DNA of 64,000 nucleotides from an uncultured Nitrosopumilaceae archaeon (GTDB taxonomy: Archaea; Thermoproteota; Nitrososphaeria; Nitrososphaerales; Nitrosopumilaceae). Shown here in pieces: positions 59,136-64,000 of the stretch. Position numbers and translations under genes: made by a program. Every line of letters starts with the position of its first letter. Position 1 is the first letter of the stretch. The notes beneath the pieces are model-generated. The model saw nothing but the letters and a program-made list of their open reading frames with translations. It was not told where the DNA came from and did no database searches. The stretch spans positions 65 through 64,064 of the forward strand of contig CAZWSG010000009.1 in assembly GCA_964636595.1 (NCBI GenBank). The letters run 5' to 3'.

Positions 59136-60428
59136 TTGAAGTCTGATATTACAATAATTGGTGCAGGGATTCTAGGTACATCTCTTGCATATTTTCTATC
59201 CCAAACAACAAAAAAAAGCATCTTGGTTCTAGACCAGGCTCCACAAGCAGGATTTCATACCAGTTCAAGAAACACTGGCAAGGTCCATGCACCGTTCCTG
59301 TACGACCCCGAAAAAAAAAAGATATTTGCAAAGTCAGCAAAGCTAGGCTTTGAAATGTGGAAACAATACTCTAAACAAAAAAACCTACCATTCAAAAAAG
59401 ATGGTGTGCTAGAAGTAGCACTTGATGAACAAGGAATCAAGCGACTTGAAAAATACATGTCCTGGGGAGAAGCAAACGGATTACAAAAAGACGATATCGT
59501 TTTGCTTGATGGACAAGACGTAAAAAAACAAGAACCAGAAGTGGCATGTCAAAAGGCAATTTTTTGCAAAAGGGATGCATCAGTGGACTATGGCATCCTT
59601 ACAAGATGTCTAATGGATGATGCAAAACAAAGTGGAACTATGCTCTTGCTTGATACTCCCGCAAAAGATATTTCTGACAAGAAAGATTTTCTTGAAATAA
59701 AAACAAATCATGATACCATCAAAACCGATCTTCTAATCAACGCAGCAGGTGGTATGGCAATTGACATTGCACATCAGATGGATACAAGACAAGATCTCAC
59801 TGACATTCATTTCCGTGGTGAATACTGGCAGGCAGAACCAGAATACCAACATCTCACAAAGACTAGTGTCTATTCCGTACCAAAGCATCCCGAGTACCCA
59901 TTTTTAGACCCACACTGGATTGTCCGCTCTGACGGAAGATGTGAAGTGGGACCAAACGCAGTGCCAGTCTTTAGTCCATATGGATACACTTTATCTGAAA
60001 ATGTGAAAAAAATGCCATCAAAGGTACTAGAGATGCTCTCCTCTGGTGCTGGAAAAATGCTATTTGATTCCCAGTTTATCTCACTTGCTTCTGGAGAGAT
60101 GTTATCATCAATATCCAAAACAGTCATGATAAACCGAGTCAAAGAATTTCTTCCAAAGGTTGATCCAAGTAAATTCAAAAAACGCGGAACTGCGGGAATT
60201 CGTGCATCAGTAATAGACAACAACGGCAAGTTTGTCCCAGATGCTGTGATTGTATCTGGCGAAAAATCATTTCATATACTAAACTACAACTCGCCTGGTG
60301 CAACAGGTGCACTACCGTTTGCAGTACATGTCATATCTGCAATGAAAGACCAAGGCCTAGTAAAAATAGAACAAGACCAGTGTGGGCAGTGGAGTTTTGG
60401 AAAGATATCTGAGATGGTATCGTCATAG
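59136..60428 (+). CDS. FAD-dependent oxidoreductase, L-2-hydroxyglutarate oxidase (LhgO)-like
   Basis: DITIIGAGILGTSLAYFL dinucleotide-binding motif, HILNYNSPGATGALPFA near the C-terminus; 430 aa. Confidence 0.6.
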   Translation: MKSDITIIGAGILGTSLAYFLSQTTKKSILVLDQAPQAGFHTSSRNTGKVHAPFLYDPEKKKIFAKSAKLGFEMWKQYSKQKNLPFKKDGVLEVALDEQGIKRLEKYMSWGEANGLQKDDIVLLDGQDVKKQEPEVACQKAIFCKRDASVDYGILTRCLMDDAKQSGTMLLLDTPAKDISDKKDFLEIKTNHDTIKTDLLINAAGGMAIDIAHQMDTRQDLTDIHFRGEYWQAEPEYQHLTKTSVYSVPKHPEYPFLDPHWIVRSDGRCEVGPNAVPVFSPYGYTLSENVKKMPSKVLEMLSSGAGKMLFDSQFISLASGEMLSSISKTVMINRVKEFLPKVDPSKFKKRGTAGIRASVIDNNGKFVPDAVIVSGEKSFHILNYNSPGATGALPFAVHVISAMKDQGLVKIEQDQCGQWSFGKISEMVSS

Positions 60429-60467
60429 ATATACTAGATCAGATTTAAAAACAAAAAAATTCTTGTA

Positions 60468-60749
60468 TTGATTATGAAACTAGTGTCAAGTGCAAAGTTC
60501 AGATATGTCAAAGTCTCAACAAAGGGACGGATAACAATTCCAAAGGAGATCCGAGATTCGCTTGATCTACAGGAAGGTGATAGAGTAATTTTTGCAAGTG
60601 AGAACGGACAGGCAACAATGAGAAAGGCTTCAAAACTCTCTGAGATTTTGCGCAGACAGAAACCATGGCAAGAGAACAGTGTCAAGTTGCAAAAGAAAAT
60701 GCGTAAAGAATGGTGTAACGGAAATACGTATACAGACGTACTTTACTAG
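60468..60749 (+). CDS. AbrB/SpoVT/MazE-family antitoxin-like protein, no adjacent toxin
   Basis: VKVSTKGRITIPKEIRDSLDLQEGDRVIFASENGQATMRKA. Confidence 0.6.
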   Translation: MIMKLVSSAKFRYVKVSTKGRITIPKEIRDSLDLQEGDRVIFASENGQATMRKASKLSEILRRQKPWQENSVKLQKKMRKEWCNGNTYTDVLY

Positions 60750-60753
60750 ACCA

Positions 60754-61014
60754 TTACCTGACAGTACTGGTAATCTTGTCATGATTATCTATTTCAAGAC
60801 TTGTAACTATCATCTGCTCACTACCAATTCCCTCTGGCAGCCCAATCTCTTCTATGTAAAGCTCCACTGCCTCTTTCAAATTTTTTAGCGCTTCTTCTAT
60901 TGTATATCCCTGACTTGCGACATCAATCTCAGGGGAGAGGGCCACATACTGTTTTTCTCCTTTCTTAATTATTGCAGTTAACTTCATCTTTTGGTCTATT
61001 GATTGGCAATACAT
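60754..61014 (-). CDS. HicB-like (UPF0150) antitoxin-family protein
   Basis: MKLTAIIKKGEKQYVALSPEIDVASQGYTIEEALKNLKEAVELYIEEIG. The likely start is the internal ATG (MKLTA...). Confidence 0.6.
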   Translation of the reverse strand: MYCQSIDQKMKLTAIIKKGEKQYVALSPEIDVASQGYTIEEALKNLKEAVELYIEEIGLPEGIGSEQMIVTSLEIDNHDKITSTVR

Positions 61015-61100
61015 TATTTATTGATTCTAAGGTTTGGTTGCCAAGGTAACATGGTGTCACATGCAAATTTTATCACAGGATGGATGAATCATGGTGTTCT

Positions 61101-61241
61101 TCAAAAAGATTCCAAAACCAGTTCTATTGCTTCAGTCATGTTGGTTTTTAATTCCTCTATCGTTTCGCCCTCGCTTATTGCACCGGGTATCTCCATGCAC
61201 TGGCCTGTGTATCCTCCTTCTGGAGCCTCTTGAATCCTCAT
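61101..61241 (-). CDS. small HicB-like (UPF0150) protein, 46 aa
   Basis: Own translation: MRIQEAPEGGYTGQCMEIPGAISEGETIEELKTNMTEAIELVLESF, matching the GGY...PG..s.GeT.eEa..n..EAiel.le pattern. Below the track cut-off. Confidence 0.5.
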   Translation of the reverse strand: MRIQEAPEGGYTGQCMEIPGAISEGETIEELKTNMTEAIELVLESF

Positions 61242-61377
61242 AGTAAATTTTCGTCCTTTCAGGGTGTGATAAAATCACTCTTGTCTGATATGTAGTTGAG
61301 CCATCATTTGGATAATTATGTCCCAAGCAAGACACACTAGATACATCTAATGATCTAATAGGTTACTTGTGGCAAAA

Positions 61378-61770
61378 CTAGGAATCAATTATTTTTATTC
61401 CCTTGATCTTACTGAAATCTCCATCAAAGGTGGCAATTTTTTCAATATAATTTTCTTGCATGGTTGATATCGTTGTACAATCTGTAAAACTAAGGATAGT
61501 ATCCTTTTGCTTGCAAAAAATATTCCATGCTTTATCAAAACTTGATTTTTCAATGTCAATTATTTTAAGTGATTTTAATACCTCGCCTATCTTTGATGCC
61601 TTTTCAATACTTTTGAGGCGAATCAAGCTTACTGTTACAACTTCTCCAAAAATATAGTCTGTAATACAAAGCGACTCGTGCATTTGTTTCATCAATTTCA
61701 CTGCTTTGGAATGGTTTTGGTCTCTTGCATTAAAATAAGAAATAATAAAACTTGTATCTAGAATTATCAT
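61378..61770 (-). CDS. vapC: PIN-domain toxin VapC
   Basis: MIILDTSFIISYF ... IFGEVVTV ... SFTDCTTISTMQENYIEKIATFDGDF. Confidence 0.75.
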   Translation of the reverse strand: MIILDTSFIISYFNARDQNHSKAVKLMKQMHESLCITDYIFGEVVTVSLIRLKSIEKASKIGEVLKSLKIIDIEKSSFDKAWNIFCKQKDTILSFTDCTTISTMQENYIEKIATFDGDFSKIKGIKIIDS

Positions 61771-62018
61771 TTTCTTAAATATAATATGTCGTCTATTTCT
61801 TCACTAGTTTTCTCGGTTCCTTTTCCCCAATCAAAGGGTTTGGCTCTGAGAAATTGTGTTGAATCAATTTTCTCCAATTGTTCTTTCTGCCTCATCCATT
61901 CCTTCATTGCATGTGTTAGTGCCTGTCCCATTTTCATCCTGTCTGATGTAATCATGACTTTGAATTTTCTGAGTACTTCCTCATCCACATCTCTTACCGT
62001 AATCATGTTTTTCTTCAC
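61767..62018 (-). CDS. vapB: VapB-like antitoxin
   Basis: ITVRDVDEEVLRKFKVMITSDRMKMGQALTHAMKEWM. 4-nt overlap with the downstream PIN gene. Confidence 0.55.
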   Translation of the reverse strand: MKKNMITVRDVDEEVLRKFKVMITSDRMKMGQALTHAMKEWMRQKEQLEKIDSTQFLRAKPFDWGKGTEKTSEEIDDILYLRK

Positions 62019-62230
62019 ATGTATTACATGTATTACATATCTTATAAATTCATCTGGGATGAAAATATGTGATATTAAAATTTTCTGTGAAATTTGCTAA
62101 ATTGGTGATTGCTGAGAATTGTTACCTGTTCACACAAGTCTACAACAAATGCTAATCACTAGAATCCAAAAAATGATCGTATCAAAGATACCAATGTCCT
62201 AAATACATCCAAAAATGATATCGTAAACAC

Positions 62231-63064
62231 TTGAGAATTATTCCAATCCTATTTGCAATTACACTCATTACAATACCAAGTGCTGCATTTGCCCAAAGTG
62301 CAACCCAGATTACCATACTTACAGACAAACAGTCCTATGTTACAGGAGATACAATATCATTCTCCGGAACAATATCTTCACTTGGCGCAGCAAACAGTGC
62401 AGTATTCCAAGTGTTCAATCCGTTTAACGTACTTGTACAGATTGGCACTGTATCTGTTGCACCTGACGGGACATTTCATGGTACCATAAAAACAGAAGGC
62501 CAGTCTTGGGCAAATGACGGCTTGTATCAAATCAAGATACTGTACGTATCAACACCAATACTTGCAACGGCTACGGCAAATATTGCTTTCAAGACCCAGT
62601 CTCCTGTTGTACCGCCGTCTTCGCCCCCTGCATATGTACCACCAAGTTCACAACCATCCATTCCACAGTCTTCTCCAAGTACACAAACCAACGAAACAAT
62701 TGTCACACCATCTGACACCCAGACTCCAATCCAGGAGCAAATCCAACAAAGAATAGATCTTGCCAATAATCTAAAACAACAACTTGATCAGGGTACCACT
62801 ATGGAAATTCCTTTCTGGGTAAAAGATACTGCACAAAAGTGGCATGATGGTACAATTGACAATATTGGATTTAGTAAAGACATCCAGTATTTTATCTCAA
62901 GTGGGTTGGTCAAGACAGACCAATCCATAAAACCAACTGATACATTTGATCACATTCCATCATGGGTCAAGCAAGTGACAAGCTTGTGGACCCAAGGGAC
63001 AATCTCAGATTACAGTTATGTGAATACCATCCAGTTTCTGCTCGATGATAACGTAATCAGATAG
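62231..63064 (+). CDS. secreted protein with a Pro/Ser/Gln-rich linker and a duplicated Trp-containing C-terminal motif
   Basis: Signal MRIIPILFAITLITIPSAAFAQ, linker PVVPPSSPPAYVPPSSQPSIPQSSPSTQ. The duplicated motif is WVKDTAQKWHDGTIDNIGFSKDIQYFISSGLV and WVKQVTSLWTQGTISDYSYVNTIQFLLDDNVI. Confidence 0.6.
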   Translation: MRIIPILFAITLITIPSAAFAQSATQITILTDKQSYVTGDTISFSGTISSLGAANSAVFQVFNPFNVLVQIGTVSVAPDGTFHGTIKTEGQSWANDGLYQIKILYVSTPILATATANIAFKTQSPVVPPSSPPAYVPPSSQPSIPQSSPSTQTNETIVTPSDTQTPIQEQIQQRIDLANNLKQQLDQGTTMEIPFWVKDTAQKWHDGTIDNIGFSKDIQYFISSGLVKTDQSIKPTDTFDHIPSWVKQVTSLWTQGTISDYSYVNTIQFLLDDNVIR

Positions 63065-63108
63065 ACTAGACATCAGATTTTAATGATACCAAAAAATCAA
63101 ACAAGACA

Positions 63109-64000
63109 GTGAATTACATCATAACAGGCGGTGCTGGATTTATTGGAAGTCACCTGGCACGATATCTTGTAGAAAACGGCCACTCTGTTGGAATCATTGA
63201 CAACCTGTCCACAGGAAATCTATCCAACATATCTGATATCATAGACAAGGTCTCGTTTCACAAACTGGACATACTGGATGATTCCATCGAGGATGTAATA
63301 AAAAACAGCGATGGAATATTTCATCATGCTGCATTGGTGTCAGTCCCAGAATCATTTGCAAAACCAAAAGAATACGAAAATGTAAACGTACTAGGAACCA
63401 AGAACATATTTTCTCTAGCAAAGAAATTTCATATCAAGACAGTATTTGCAAGCAGCTCAAGCGTATATGGAAATACAAAAAACATTCCAACGTCCGAATC
63501 TGAACCGCTAGACCCTGTAAACCCATATGGTATCACCAAGCTCAAGGCAGAACACTTGGCAAAAGAATATTCAAAAAATCTTGACATTGTTGGTCTGCGT
63601 TACTATAACGTCTATGGGAATGCCATGGTATCCTCAGGTGCAGGAGTGATATCGCAGTTTTACAAAAATATACAAAATCACACCCCATTGATAATTGACG
63701 GCAACGGAGAACAACTACGAGACTTTGTGTATGTACAAGATATAGTCAAGGCAACCGTATCTGCAATGGAAAAAAATACAGGTTCTAGTTTCATAAATAT
63801 AGGCACTGGAGATACCATGTCAATTCTACACTTGGCAAATTTATTCATAAAATATTCTGGATCTAACTTGCAACCTATCTTCCAAGGGCAGAAGGAGGGA
63901 AACGTACTTGCAAGTCAGGCAGATATATCACTTGCAAAAAAATTGCTTGGATGGCAACCGCAAACTACATTAGAAGACTGGATAAAGAATTTATACAAAT
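63109..64000 (+). CDS. NAD-dependent sugar epimerase/dehydratase (GalE-like), C-terminus beyond the window
   Basis: Own translation from GTG 63109: VNYIITGGAGFIGSHLARYLVENGH ... ASSSSVYG ... PYGITKLKAEHL (YxxxK). The frame is open to 64000. Confidence 0.8.
   Translation, partial: MNYIITGGAGFIGSHLARYLVENGHSVGIIDNLSTGNLSNISDIIDKVSFHKLDILDDSIEDVIKNSDGIFHHAALVSVPESFAKPKEYENVNVLGTKNIFSLAKKFHIKTVFASSSSVYGNTKNIPTSESEPLDPVNPYGITKLKAEHLAKEYSKNLDIVGLRYYNVYGNAMVSSGAGVISQFYKNIQNHTPLIIDGNGEQLRDFVYVQDIVKATVSAMEKNTGSSFINIGTGDTMSILHLANLFIKYSGSNLQPIFQGQKEGNVLASQADISLAKKLLGWQPQTTLEDWIKNLYK

Noticed and set aside
61132-61335. 67-aa ORF as an intact HicA toxin
   Set aside because: Only a short RVILSHPERTKI stretch looks HicA-like. 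The rest is Arg-rich and overlaps the much better HicB-like ORF (61101-61241) in another frame. It is treated as a remnant at best.

Overview
AT-rich window that looks archaeal, most consistent with a Nitrosopumilus-like thaumarchaeon. This rests on gene content only (Sm-like protein, RadA paralogue, multi-OB RPA-like protein, Lhr-type helicase, tRNA-Gln with A1-U72, SIS-type PGI/PMI); no search could be run, so the taxonomy is inference. Layout: (i) 0-12.8 kb holds housekeeping genes (J-domain protein, metK, LSm, RadA paralogue, Lhr helicase, RPA, NYN protein, ABC-2 transporter). Toxin-antitoxin genes are interspersed (degenerate Doc, RelE-like pair, HicB plus frameshifted hicA), and the block ends at tRNA-Gln(UUG). 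(ii) About 13.3-50.7 kb is a roughly 37 kb cell-surface glycan island. It has a legionaminic-acid-like nonulosonic acid gene set with two NeuB paralogues, plus GDP-mannose 4,6-dehydratase and a sugar C-methyltransferase. It also has three DegT or class III aminotransferases, four SAM methyltransferases, three GT4s, a GT2, four TagF-like proteins and a Wzm/Wzt exporter. A sulfation module (sulfotransferase plus two APS kinases) is present too. (iii) 50,762-54,587 is a 3,826-bp transposon with perfect 49-bp terminal inverted repeats and an 8-bp target duplication. It carries an IS6-like SWIM-finger transposase plus passenger genes, including a stand-alone proteasome-beta/HslV-like Ntn hydrolase and an AbrB-like regulator. 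An array of GGTACC-centred 12-mers sits inside it. This is my best candidate for something new. (iv) 54.6-58.3 kb encodes a secreted 7-bladed YVTN beta-propeller protein and a GT2-TM-FkbM fusion. (v) 58.4-62.0 kb is a TA cluster (two VapBC pairs, two HicB-like orphans, one AbrB orphan) around an LhgO-like oxidase. (vi) 62.2-64.0 kb holds a secreted protein and a partial GalE-like epimerase. No rRNA and no CRISPR array were seen. Two single-nucleotide homopolymer indels disrupt otherwise good genes (hicA, gmd start), and the Lhr helicase start is a third, unexplained start-codon anomaly, so sequence quality should be checked.
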